From positions 1-64,000 of the IMG/VR virus record IMGVR_UViG_2908273394_000001: DNA of 64,000 bases. One strand, 5' to 3'. A program made the position numbers and the translations under genes. How positions within the stretch are numbered: the first letter of the stretch is position 1; every line of letters begins with the position of its first letter. The notes under the pieces are model-generated. The model was not told the origin of the DNA, made no database searches, and saw nothing but the letters and a program-made list of their open reading frames with translations. This document shows positions 10,701 through 20,106 of this stretch, in pieces. Origin of the DNA: a virus (taxonomy: Duplodnaviria > Caudoviricetes).

Positions 10701-10785
10701 GCGGCTGGGCCTGGCTCGCCCTCTGGCCACCCGCCGCCCTCCCGCTCGGCCTCCTCCTCGCCCACCACATCCACCGGAGCCCCCG

Positions 10786-11235
10786 ATGACCGACCCGACC
10801 ATCACCGACCTTCGCCGCGAGCTGGAGAAGGCCCGGCTCGCCCTCATCGACGCCCAGTCCCACCTGTCCGCCCACGCGCATGCGAACGCCGCCCTCCACT
10901 GCGCCACCGAAGTCTTCTACTCCCCGCTCCACGCCAAGGTGACTGCGGCCATCGCAGGCATCGAGCACGCTCTCGCCCGCACCGACAAGCCCGTCTCGAC
11001 CCACTCGGACACCAACTGCCCCTGGGCGGGGCTGATCGGCGATTTCGACCGGTGCGAACACGGCCGCCACGAAGGCGACGTCTGCGGCACCACCTGCGGA
11101 ACCCGTTCGCAGGGCAACCCGCACATGCAGCCCGGCACGGTCATCGGCTACAGCCTCCGCAAGGGCCGAATCGTCATGCCGCACCGGGAGGACAAGTACA
11201 ACCTCGCCGCCTGGTACCAGAACGGAGCCGTCTGA
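10786..11235 (+). CDS. Hypothetical protein
   Basis: GGAG RBS; DRCEHGRHEGDVC motif. Confidence 0.65.
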   Translation: MTDPTITDLRRELEKARLALIDAQSHLSAHAHANAALHCATEVFYSPLHAKVTAAIAGIEHALARTDKPVSTHSDTNCPWAGLIGDFDRCEHGRHEGDVCGTTCGTRSQGNPHMQPGTVIGYSLRKGRIVMPHREDKYNLAAWYQNGAV

Positions 11236-11728
11236 TGAGCGCATGGGCTGTTGGATCCCGCATCGTGGCCGTACGGAACGCGACGGACGACACGGTCTAC
11301 CTGTTTGGGCGGGGCGTGTACGCCGGTGACTTTCCACGCCCGGGCTCGGGGAACTGGTCGGCCGCTGAGCGAGCCAGTGCGGAGCGAGCGATCGTCGAGG
11401 GCGAGGAGCGGCACGGCGTCGACGTCATGATGGCGTGGGTGCAGGAGCGCCTGGAGAAGCAGGTGGCTGCCGGGGAGGTAACCCCAGGGAGATGACTGCT
11501 CAGCTGGTGGAGTCCCGGCGCCTGTACGAGGAGGCGCAGGCCCGTCCGATGGAGGAGAAGGTCACTGACCTTCTCGAGGAGATGGACAAGAACCCGCGCC
11601 TGGACTTGGACGGCGGGGGTGTGGTCTGGGGCTGTGAGTGCTGGTGGATGCCCGAGGCGAAGTTCGTTGAGTTCGCCGGGACCCGCACGCTGGTGGAGGT
11701 CCCGGAGCCGGTGAGGAGAGGCGTGTGA
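11235..11728 (+). CDS. Hypothetical protein (frameshift near 11490)
   Basis: MSAWAVGSRIV... joins NPRLDLDGGGVVWGCECWW frame. Confidence 0.5.
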
Positions 11729-12117
11729 GCACGTCCACCAAGGCGGGCCCGTCATCGGCTGGTGGCGGGCCCGACCCGTACCTGACCGACAACGAGCTGG
11801 CTGTTCTGCAGGGCGCCGCGTACGGAGAGACATACGCGTCGATCGCGAAGCGGCTGGGTTACGCCGAGAAGAGCGTGTCCAAGATGGCTCTGCGGCTGTC
11901 CCGAAAGCTGGGTGCTCGCAACATGACCCACGCTGTGCTGCTGGCGTGCCGGGCCGGGATCCTGGATGGCCGGCCGCAACGGCACGGCGATCGAGCCGGA
12001 TTCATGGCTCACGTCCGTCGTGGTGAGCAGCCGTGCGACGCGTGCAGGGAGGGTCGGAATGCCTTCGACCGTGCGTGGCGGGCCTCCCGGAAGGCTGAGC
12101 AGTCGCACGCAGCGTGA
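11725..12117 (+). CDS. LuxR-type HTH regulator with C-terminal Zn motif
   Basis: LTDNELAVL...SIAKRLG...KLGARNMTHAV; HG...H...PCDAC. Confidence 0.78.
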   Translation: MSTSTKAGPSSAGGGPDPYLTDNELAVLQGAAYGETYASIAKRLGYAEKSVSKMALRLSRKLGARNMTHAVLLACRAGILDGRPQRHGDRAGFMAHVRRGEQPCDACREGRNAFDRAWRASRKAEQSHAA

Positions 12118-12627
12118 CAACAAGCTGCCCTCGAAGCGGACATCTTAGACAGTCCTCACGGCCCGAGACCGGCCGTCCCCTTACTACCCGTCACATCCCG
12201 TTCCTGGGAGGCTTCGTGTTCGCCAAATCCCGCGGTCCCGTCGTCTACACCCTCTTCGTCCTCGTCGGCGGTATCGCCTGCATCTCGTGGGAGACCCCGA
12301 TCTGGGCCACGGCTCTCATCGCAGTTGTGATGATGCTGATAGCCGACCAGCTCGAGCGCGCCCTCCGCCGAGGGCATGGCGCTCCTCGCAGGACGGTCCG
12401 CCGGTGACCTGCCGGCGCGGCCGGTGCGGTGTCTGCGGCCGCTCTATCGCTCTCACCACAGGTGGTCGCCTGTGGTCTCACGGCCGGCCCCTGTGTGCGG
12501 GGTCGCGTCGCATGCCGTCCGGGGTGCCGTCACGCGCTCACGTCTGGCCGCGCCGGTACCGCGGCCGATGGGTCGCCACCATCAGCGGACCCGACACCTG
12601 GACTGATCCCACCCTCGAAGGAGCAGC

Positions 12628-13137
12628 ATGAGTACCTCCTCTACCGAACTCGACCCCCGACGCCGCTACCTGGTGCCCGTCGCTCGGCTGCTGCTCCCAG
12701 ACGAGCCGGACCTGGTCCACCTGACGCTGTACACGTGGAATGACCGGTGGGACGGCTGGATGACGGGCTTGTCGCTGTGCGGCCGCTCCGTGGAAGGCGA
12801 CGCGCTGCCGAACGAGACTGTGGTGACGTGCCCGGGCTGTGAGGCGTACCGGCCGACGTACGTGACGGTTCTGGAGCGGGAGGCAGCGGCCGCCGCCGGG
12901 CGGGACCGGGCCCGTACGGCGCGGGCTCACGCCGGGGACACGGTCGAGAACGGCGCCTGGCACACCGTGTGGCTCGAGGGGAACTGGTCGTGGGTCACGA
13001 AGAAGATGACGACGGAGCAGCGGGAGTACGCCGCGGACCGGGCCGCCGCCTACAGCGCCTACCTCGCCGCAGTGGACGGCGACCTGGAGCGCGAGGAGCC
13101 GGAGGGGCTGCGCTGGTGGCGGGAGGCCGGCCGGTGA
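12628..13137 (+). CDS. Hypothetical protein
   Basis: AAGGAG RBS, typical codon bias. Confidence 0.65.
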   Translation: MSTSSTELDPRRRYLVPVARLLLPDEPDLVHLTLYTWNDRWDGWMTGLSLCGRSVEGDALPNETVVTCPGCEAYRPTYVTVLEREAAAAAGRDRARTARAHAGDTVENGAWHTVWLEGNWSWVTKKMTTEQREYAADRAAAYSAYLAAVDGDLEREEPEGLRWWREAGR

Positions 13138-13205
13138 CCGGGCGGGCGGGAGGGTCGGCAGCCGCCCGGGCCGCTGCGTTAAGGCTCCGCTGACGGGTAC
13201 GACTC

Positions 13206-13481
13206 TCAACCCGGTCCGACTTCGTCGATTGCGCGGGTCAGAGACTGTGTGCGCCCTCTGGCATCTTCGATCCCTTTGGCAACGTCGATAGGGCGGTACG
13301 TCGGGTCAACCTTGTGGACGGCTTCAAGGAGTATGGCCTTGTCTTGGTAGGCATCGCGGAGGCGACTGCGCCATCCCGGATTTCTGTCATCACCGGCATC
13401 GATCGCGTAGATCACCCGCATGACCTGGTCCAACTCGTCTTGGAGTGGCCCAGGGCGGCTTGCGTCACTTTCTGCACCCAC
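13206..13481 (-). CDS. Small hypothetical moron gene
   Basis: AGGAG RBS; opposite strand to neighbours. Confidence 0.5.
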   Translation of the reverse strand: MGAESDASRPGPLQDELDQVMRVIYAIDAGDDRNPGWRSRLRDAYQDKAILLEAVHKVDPTYRPIDVAKGIEDARGRTQSLTRAIDEVGPG

Positions 13482-13711
13482 GGTCGGCTCCTGGTGTCTG
13501 CAGCTAGTCCCTCCATTGTCGAGCCTGGATGGTGACGCCGCACCGTGCGGCGGGCTTGGGGTACGAGCAGCGGTCCGTTAGCCGATGCTCGTACCCTCCG
13601 TGACGATCCGCCGCCAGCGACACCCCTACTGTCCGCGTCGGAGATGTGGCGGCGAGGGCGCCCAGCCGAGTGATTCTGCCGCGTGTTGCGGGGTCGCCCC
13701 GACCTCGGTAT

Positions 13712-13728
13712 TCGAACAGGCGTATCAT
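13712..13728 (+). promoter_or_regulatory. Degenerate LexA box overlapping the -10 of a leaderless gene
   Basis: TCGAAC-AGGC-GTATCA; TATCAT 7 nt before GTG at 13736. Confidence 0.45.
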
Positions 13729-13735
13729 TCCAGCC

Positions 13736-14098
13736 GTGGCCGGTACCTTCCCGCAAGACCTGATCGACGCCCAGCTCCGCCTTCACCAGGCCCGAGCCGA
13801 GTACGAAGCACTGTGCCGCACCCTGCCGTGGTCGGTGGAGCCGCTGGACGGCTGGCCCGGGCAGGTGCACCCCCACACCGGTGAGGTCACTGGCGGACGC
13901 GAGCCGAGCCCCGGCTACACCGACGAGCAGAAGACGGAGGTGGCCCGGCTCCAGGCTCTCGTTCTCGAGCTCTCCCTTGCCGTGTCCACGCACCCGCACT
14001 GGGAGACGCTCGAGGGTGAGAAGCGGGTCCAGGCGCGCATGGAGCTCAAGCACCACCCCGACGCCGTGCCGGCCGTCGACATCGCCGTGGCCGCGTAG
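13736..14098 (+). CDS. Conserved Streptomyces hypothetical protein
   Basis: FPQDL...LPWSVEPLDGW...SPGYT...HPHW...ARMELKH. Confidence 0.7.
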   Translation: MAGTFPQDLIDAQLRLHQARAEYEALCRTLPWSVEPLDGWPGQVHPHTGEVTGGREPSPGYTDEQKTEVARLQALVLELSLAVSTHPHWETLEGEKRVQARMELKHHPDAVPAVDIAVAA

Positions 14099-14107
14099 GA
14101 GACGGTC

Positions 14108-14488
14108 GTGCACCAGCTCCCGATATCCCAGCGGCTGGAGAAGCAGCGCACGCTGCGCGAGTGGCTCCAGTGGCAGCTCAACGTCGCCGACCGGACGATC
14201 CGGGAGCTGGAGGCGGAGGAGAGGGAGCAGCAGCGGCGCCGGGAGGTCGCGCGGGCCGAGATGATGTGGAAGCTGCAGCCGGCCCGCGCGGTCGAGGGTC
14301 ATCCGATGTTGCACCGCGGCGGCTGCCGCATGGGGAAAGGTATGGGGCTTCTCGGTAAGGATGAGGTGATCACCGCGTTTCAGGAGTTCCCCGACCTGGA
14401 GATGTGCGAGATCTGCAATCCGTGGGGGAGCCTCGGGATCGACAGGCCGCCGCCGGCGAGGAAGCTGCCGGGCGGCGGGACCCCGTAG
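14108..14488 (+). CDS. DUF6233-like protein
   Basis: Coiled coil then LHRGGC...CEICNP. Confidence 0.7.
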   Translation: MHQLPISQRLEKQRTLREWLQWQLNVADRTIRELEAEEREQQRRREVARAEMMWKLQPARAVEGHPMLHRGGCRMGKGMGLLGKDEVITAFQEFPDLEMCEICNPWGSLGIDRPPPARKLPGGGTP

Positions 14489-14510
14489 GCGTGGCCTGTG
14501 CTGTCTGCGG

Positions 14511-14696
14511 CTACGGCGAGGGGATGCGGCGGGCAAGGTCCGCGGCGAGCTGGCCGGCCGCCTGGCCCCTGGGTGTGAGGTCGAGCGTCTCCAGCAGGTT
14601 CAGGTAGCCGACCGCTTCCCGTGCCTCGGCGGCGGTGAGCAGCGGCAGGCGGGGTTCGGTCGGGTAGTCGCCGGTCACCGGCTCAGCAGTCTCCAC
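14511..14696 (-). CDS. Small hypothetical protein
   Basis: LPLLTAAEAREAV...LARRIPS. Confidence 0.5.
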   Translation of the reverse strand: METAEPVTGDYPTEPRLPLLTAAEAREAVGYLNLLETLDLTPRGQAAGQLAADLARRIPSP

Positions 14697-14766
14697 GCCA
14701 GGCTCAACGGGCGACCGGTCCGCCAGGACACGACCGCGGCGTCCGGTGCGCCCCCACCGCTGGAAC

Positions 14767-15675
14767 CTAGGACGCCCGTTTCCGGGCGGTCTTCTTCGCC
14801 GTGGTCTTCTTGGCGGCCGTCTTCTTGGCCGCGGTCTTCTTCGGCTTCGGCATCTCGTGGACGGTGGCGTCGGTGCCGGTGGCCTCCCGGGAGGCCTTGG
14901 CCTTGGCGACGGATTCCTCGAGCGCGGACATGAGGTCGACGACGCGTCCCGTCGGCGCCTCCTCGGCCTCGACCGGCCGGGGCTCGCGGTCCTCGGCCTT
15001 GGCTTCGAGGATCTCAGCGAGCGCTTCGCGGTAGTGGTCGGTGAGCTCCAGGTCGTCGAGGTGCTCGACGCTCATCGTGTCCATGAGCGCGAGGGCGCCT
15101 TCGATCTCCTGCTCGCTGATGTCGCTCTCGCCGGGGGTGAGGGGTTCGGAGGACCGGATCTCGTCCGGCCAGTGCATGGCGTTGAGGAGCAGGGCGTCGC
15201 CTTTGACTCGGAGCATGCCCAGGCGTTCGCGGCCTCGCAGGGCGAACTTGGCGATGGCCACCTTGTCCGTGCGCTCGAGTGCTTTCTGCAGCAGGACGTA
15301 GGGCTTGGCTGACACGGGGTTGTCGGCGGTGAGGTAGTAGTTGCCCTCGCCGAGCTGGATCGGGTCGATGCTCTCGCGGTCGACGAACGCGACGATGTCG
15401 ATGGCCTTCGCGGTCGGCAGCGGCATCTGGGCCAGCTCGTCGTCCGTGATGGGGATGACGTTGTCCTTGGAGACTTCGTAGCCCTTGCCGATGTCGTCCT
15501 GGGTCAGCTCTTTGCCGTCGATCTCGCAGACCTTGCGGTAGCGGATCCGTCCGCCGTCGGCGAGGTGGATCTGGTTGAAGCTGATGCCGTGCGATTCGGT
15601 CGCAGGTTCGAGCCGCACGGGGATCGTGACCAACCCAAAACTGACGGCCCCGCTCCAGATAGGTCGACCGGGCAT
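14767..15675 (-). CDS. ku: NHEJ DNA end-binding protein Ku
   Basis: RPIWSGAVSFGLVTIPVRL, GGRIRYRKVC, WPDEIR, VVDLMSALEESV, Lys/Ala-rich tail. Confidence 0.96.
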   Translation of the reverse strand: MPGRPIWSGAVSFGLVTIPVRLEPATESHGISFNQIHLADGGRIRYRKVCEIDGKELTQDDIGKGYEVSKDNVIPITDDELAQMPLPTAKAIDIVAFVDRESIDPIQLGEGNYYLTADNPVSAKPYVLLQKALERTDKVAIAKFALRGRERLGMLRVKGDALLLNAMHWPDEIRSSEPLTPGESDISEQEIEGALALMDTMSVEHLDDLELTDHYREALAEILEAKAEDREPRPVEAEEAPTGRVVDLMSALEESVAKAKASREATGTDATVHEMPKPKKTAAKKTAAKKTTAKKTARKRAS

Positions 15676-15836
15676 CAGTACCTCCAGGAGCCCCCCTGGG
15701 GTTCTGACCTCAGGCTATGCAGACGGATCTGGTGATCGCACGCGTTCCGCAGCCAGACAGGCGGGCCCCGACCGCACCCGCACAGGGCAGGTCCCGCCGG
15801 GCCGTTCGTCGGTACCCGCCCTGTGCTCCCGCCGAA

Positions 15837-16205
15837 TCAGCAGCGAGCGCCAGCGCCGCCCCCCTCAAGACTGGCGTCGTAGATGTATCCCCAGTAGCGG
15901 CGGGTGCCGTCATTGATGTGCGCGTACGACCACGTGTTGCCATAGTCATTCGTGACGTAGCAAGCCACATCGACGAACGAGCCGGGCCCCAGGCGCGCCA
16001 CGACGTCACACTGTCCGTAGGGCCCAGTACGGATGTACGAGTACTGGCCCTGCTTCGTCCTGTCGAACGAGACCATGCTGGCAACCGGCCAGCCGCTGCA
16101 AGTGACTGCGCTGGCCTCCGTGCTACTCGCGCTTGCCGAAGTAGCAGTGAGAGAGGCGATACCCAGCATCGCTGCGGTAGCAGCGACTAGCGATCGGAAT
16201 CTCAT
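15837..16205 (-). CDS. Secreted SH3b-like protein
   Basis: Signal peptide; IRTGPYGQC...CYVTNDYGNTWSY...WGYI. Confidence 0.7.
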   Translation of the reverse strand: MRFRSLVAATAAMLGIASLTATSASASSTEASAVTCSGWPVASMVSFDRTKQGQYSYIRTGPYGQCDVVARLGPGSFVDVACYVTNDYGNTWSYAHINDGTRRYWGYIYDASLEGGGAGARC

Positions 16206-16302
16206 GAATCCCCCATTTCGGTCCTGTCGTGTACACGTTAATGACTTCATGAGAGTAGGAACGCGCAGCACGTCAAGGGACCGGAAAAACCAGCCAAGTC
16301 AC

Positions 16303-16430
16303 GGCGCTGGAGCACGCAAAAAGGGGTGCCCCGTTCTGGCGAGCCCGCCGATCATGCGCTGGGACGCTCACGCGGCGGGCTGAGCGCCAAGGTCCACTTG
16401 GCCGCGGAGGCGGTGCACGACCATTGGCGC
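16303..16430 (+). pseudogene. IS5-family transposase fragment
   Basis: Encodes AGARKKG then, in a shifted frame, DHALGRSRGGLSAKVHLAA. Confidence 0.65.
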
Positions 16431-16628
16431 CGGATGAGTCGGGGTCCGAGTGCGTGTATGCCGACATCCGCCGTACTCGCGGACTAGAAGGCCAGGCGCC
16501 ACACGTACCGCTCCATGCGCACCTTTTTGGTCCTACTCGCCGGTTTCCGCACCTTCGGCACTCTTCCGGTGCGAAGATCGCCCCCGTCGCGCCACCCCCC
16601 GGTTCCTTCACTGACAGAAAGGCGTTTG

Positions 16629-17150
16629 GTGAACCTCACCGTACGCACTGCCGCACTCGCTTCCACCGCACTCGCCCTCGCGCTCGTGGCCCTGGCCACG
16701 CCGAGCCAGGCCGCCTCCACCACCGGCGCGCTGATGATCACCCAGGTGCGGCCGAACGCCGCCGGCGCCGACACCCGTGACGGCACCCAGCTGAACCTCA
16801 ACGGCGAGTACTTCGTCATCAAGAACGTCACCACCAGGACCGTCAACACCAGCGGCTACGTCCCCGACATCACGACCAACACCTACGGGCGTGCGCTGCC
16901 GTCCTACTACCTGCCGGCCGGAGCCAGGGCCTTCGTGCACACCGGCAGCGGCCGCCACTACCGCGACAGCACCGGCGCACACCACATCTACCGCGGCTAC
17001 GCCCGCCACGTCCTGCTCAACACCAGCACCGCGAAGAACCCCGACCTGCGGCTGAAGAAGCCCGGCAGCCCGGACGACAACACGGCCACCGGCAGCATCA
17101 GCACCTGCAACTGGAACACAGCCGCCGACGGCACGACTTACAACTGCTGA
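16629..17150 (+). CDS. Secreted lamin-tail-domain protein
   Basis: Signal peptide; AGADT...LNGEYFVIKN...VHTGSG. Confidence 0.75.
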   Translation: MNLTVRTAALASTALALALVALATPSQAASTTGALMITQVRPNAAGADTRDGTQLNLNGEYFVIKNVTTRTVNTSGYVPDITTNTYGRALPSYYLPAGARAFVHTGSGRHYRDSTGAHHIYRGYARHVLLNTSTAKNPDLRLKKPGSPDDNTATGSISTCNWNTAADGTTYNC

Positions 17151-17181
17151 CACCCACCGCTGCCGGGGCGCGCGCCCATAC

Positions 17182-17337
17182 CCTCCCGTGGGGAGCCGGG
17201 AGGGGGCGCGGCCCCACCTGTCGGCGTCAGGCGGGGCCAGAGCGGTCCTTCTCCGGGGGGAGTCGCGAATGCGGAGGACCACGTACCGCTCACCCTGCCA
17301 CCAAACACCCCACAGGCAACAGGGTCGTGCAGGAATA
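17182..17337 (-). ncRNA. Candidate structured small RNA plus promoter, copy 1
   Basis: Three hairpins; minus-strand loops with CUCCCCCC and CUCCCC; TTGCCT-N16-CAGGGT upstream; homologous to 19886-20043. Confidence 0.55.
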
Positions 17338-17615
17338 CGGCCGTGGGGACCAACGGAACAGTGGTTAGCGGTAGCGAGGGTTCCGCTTGTGGGTCTCGCA
17401 GATACGACCGATTGTGAGAACTGTTCTTCCTGGTCGTCGCCAAGCGCGTTTGCCCAGGTCGGTTCTCGCAGAACCCCTCTCACAACCGGCGAGTTCTGCG
17501 AGGCCGTTCTGAGAGACCCGATCGAGGCGCCTCTACCTGCGGAGACCGGCTTAGCGTTACTGGCTGCTCCGCTGTTCCCCGAGGCCGGTACAGGGCAGGG
17601 CGCGCCAGCGGTCGG

Positions 17616-18299
17616 TCAGAGGGAGCGCAGGACGGCGACGACCTTGCCGAGGATCGTGGCGTCGTCGCCGGGGATCGGGTCGTAGGCGGGGTTGTGGGGC
17701 ATCAGCCAGACCCGGCCGTTCTCGCGGCGCAGGCGCTTCACGGTGGCTTCGCCGTCGAGCATGGCGGCGACGATGTCGCCGTGGTCGGCGGTTTCGGCCT
17801 TGCGGACGGTGACGATGTCGCCGTCGCAGATCGCGGCGTCGATCATGCTGTCGCCGACCACCTTCAGCGCAAACAGCTGCCCCTCCCCGACGAGCTGACG
17901 GGGGAGGGAGAAGACGTCCTCGACCGTTTCCTCGGCGAGGATCGGCGCGCCGGCCGCGATCCGGCCGACGAGCGGCACCTGGGCCAGGTTGTGCCCGCTC
18001 TCCGGGGGCGTTGTGGTGGCGTCGTGATCCTGCGAGCGCACGCGGTAGGCGCGCGGGCGGTGGGGGTCGCGGAAGAGGAAGCCCTTGCGTTCCAGTGCCA
18101 TGAGCTGGTGGGCGACGGACGAGGTGCTGCTGAGATTCACCGCGGCGCCGATCTCCCGCATGGACGGCGGGTAGCCCTGGCGGGACACCTCCCGCTCGAT
18201 GAAGGAGATGATCGCGGCTTGCCGGGCGGTGAGCCCGTGCTTGTCGGCGTGGATGCCGGGGGGACGCCCGGGCCGACCTGCGGTTTCGACAGCGTGCAT
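17616..18299 (-). CDS. lexA: LexA repressor (full length)
   Basis: [10 protein letters not shown]...[10 protein letters not shown]; VGRIAAGAP cleavage site; GDSM and ATVK catalytic dyad. Confidence 0.95.
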   Translation of the reverse strand: MHAVETAGRPGRPPGIHADKHGLTARQAAIISFIEREVSRQGYPPSMREIGAAVNLSSTSSVAHQLMALERKGFLFRDPHRPRAYRVRSQDHDATTTPPESGHNLAQVPLVGRIAAGAPILAEETVEDVFSLPRQLVGEGQLFALKVVGDSMIDAAICDGDIVTVRKAETADHGDIVAAMLDGEATVKRLRRENGRVWLMPHNPAYDPIPGDDATILGKVVAVLRSL

Positions 18300-18336
18300 G
18301 TGGTGCTCCCCACGGACGGGATCTTGCTTGACGTGG

Positions 18337-18377
18337 ACACTAGCCCGCCAACCCCGACATAGGGAACACCGTTTCGA
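18337..18377 (-). promoter_or_regulatory. lexA upstream region: degenerate SOS box and TGTCGG-type promoter
   Basis: GGGAAC-ACCG-TTTCGA (18362-18377); minus strand TGTCGGGG-N9-TAGTGT. Confidence 0.45.
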
Positions 18378-18468
18378 TAACTGTCTGTGCGTGGACGGGA
18401 TGCGTGGAGTGAGTGGGGTTGGGTGGTTGGGGAGGTGGGCGATTCGGGTGGCGCACTCCACCACTCTC

Positions 18469-18513
18469 TTGTGCTTGTATCGTTCGATACGCTAGAATCG
18501 TATCAATCGATAC
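18469..18513 (+). promoter_or_regulatory. Promoter overlapped by two GTATC-N4-GATAC operators
   Basis: TTGTGC-N18-TAGAAT; GTATCGTTCGATAC 18477-18490 and GTATCAATCGATAC 18500-18513. Confidence 0.65.
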
Positions 18514-18524
18514 AGGGGGACTTG

Positions 18525-19079
18525 ATGAACACCACCGCCGCCGCCACGCAGGCCAAGGTCACCGTCGCCACCATCCGCACCTGGTGCCGCATCGGAGCCG
18601 TCTCCGCCGTCAAGCAGGCCGGCCGCTGGGTCATCGACACCGCCTCCCTCGCCGCCCGCATCGCCATCGGCTCCATGCGCACCAGGAAGAAGGCCCCCGT
18701 GACCGACACGCTCGACCTCGCCGCCACCTACACCTGGACTCCCGCCGGAGCGGCAGACGCCGTGACTCTGACCCCCACGGTCAAGGCCCGTCGCAACGCA
18801 TCCGGGAACATCACCACCGTCAGCAACCTCGCCCCCCTCTTGGCCGACCAGATCGACGGCATCACCGACGAAGGAGCCCGCCGCCACACCCTGACCGTCC
18901 TGGAATCCGCCCGCATCGTCTTCTGCGACACCCCCCACGACGAGGCCGCCCCCACGATCAGCGGCGTCACCCTCCTCGACCGGGGCCAGGTCCGCGTCCA
19001 GTACCAGGGCGCCCGCGACCTGCCAGTGCAGGCGGTCATCGACCTCGCCCACAAGCTCCGCGCCCAGCTCGGCCTCTGA
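18525..19079 (+). CDS. Protein with N-terminal excisionase/MerR-like HTH
   Basis: AAATQAKVTVATIRTWCRIGAVSAVKQAGRWVID. Confidence 0.7.
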   Translation: MNTTAAATQAKVTVATIRTWCRIGAVSAVKQAGRWVIDTASLAARIAIGSMRTRKKAPVTDTLDLAATYTWTPAGAADAVTLTPTVKARRNASGNITTVSNLAPLLADQIDGITDEGARRHTLTVLESARIVFCDTPHDEAAPTISGVTLLDRGQVRVQYQGARDLPVQAVIDLAHKLRAQLGL

Positions 19080-19105
19080 CCCCCGCGACCGACAGGACCC
19101 GCCCC

Positions 19106-19849
19106 ATGGACATCACCACCACCCCCCGCGACCACGGCGTCCACGTCATCCAGACCGTCGGCATGCTCAACTGGCCCGAGGGAGCAGGCGTGTGGCAGGC
19201 GCACGGCGTGCGACTCGACCTCATGGACGGCCGTCAGCGCCTCGCCGTGTGCAAGCTGGAAGTTGAACAGGCCAAGGCCAAGGAGCGGGGCGCTCTCGTC
19301 GCCACCCAGATCGAGCCGTGGGTCAAGACGCTGCGCTACCTCGCGGTCGTCCGGGACCTGCGCTCCACGCTGTATGACGTCGATTCCACGATCCAGCAGA
19401 TCGAGGAGGAACAGGACTGGAATACGGAACCGTCCTTGGAGCTGGTGGACAAACTCGAGGTCTACGCGACCGGGGAGGAGATCGACGCCGCCCGCGCTGC
19501 GTCGGACGGGCGCAGCGCCATGTGCGCCTGCCTTGGCCCTGCGGTCGCTACCCGGTACCGGCGGCTCATCACCCAAGGCCTGCGGGCGGCGCTCGCGTTC
19601 GCCCCTGACCCGGCAGACTCACCGATCCACCCGGCCTGGGAGCAGCCGTCGTACGGCGGTCTGAAGGGCGAGAGCACGGCCCAGATGGTGGCCCGGGACC
19701 TGCTGACCGCGTGGGCCGACGTCCGCGACCGTCGCGACCCGCTGATCACGTGGGCCGTCCAGGACGCGGGGCTGACCCGCACCGAGGTTCAGCAGACCAC
19801 CAGCATCTCCCGCAGCACCATCAACCGGCTACTGCCCAGCGAGACCTGA
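19106..19849 (+). CDS. Hypothetical protein with C-terminal HTH
   Basis: AGGA RBS; GLTRTEVQQTTSISRSTINRLL. Confidence 0.65.
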   Translation: MDITTTPRDHGVHVIQTVGMLNWPEGAGVWQAHGVRLDLMDGRQRLAVCKLEVEQAKAKERGALVATQIEPWVKTLRYLAVVRDLRSTLYDVDSTIQQIEEEQDWNTEPSLELVDKLEVYATGEEIDAARAASDGRSAMCACLGPAVATRYRRLITQGLRAALAFAPDPADSPIHPAWEQPSYGGLKGESTAQMVARDLLTAWADVRDRRDPLITWAVQDAGLTRTEVQQTTSISRSTINRLLPSET

Positions 19850-19885
19850 CCCCTCGTACGGGGGGCGGTCCGGGCATGCGCCTGG

Positions 19886-20043
19886 CCTCCCGTGGGGAGC
19901 CGGGAGGCGGCGCGGCCCCGCCCACGCGCGTACGCAGGGCGGAGCCGGGCGCGGTCCACTCCGGGGGGAGTCGCAATGCGGAGGACCGCGTTCCCCCACC
20001 CTGCCACCAGGCACCCCACCCGCAACAGGGTCGTGCAGGAATA
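19886..20043 (-). ncRNA. Candidate structured small RNA plus promoter, copy 2
   Basis: Same three-hairpin layout as 17182-17337 with a diverged middle stem; TTGCGG-N16-CAGGGT. Confidence 0.55.
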
Positions 20044-20106
20044 ACGCAGGCATATGCAGAGCGCCCGCCCCGAGTGCTGCCCGGGGCGGGCGCTCAGTTG
20101 CGTGGG

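Noticed and set aside
16608-16615. Extra TGTCAGTG on the minus strand
   Set aside because: No nAnnnT hexamer at the N8 position, so not counted as a damage-type promoter.
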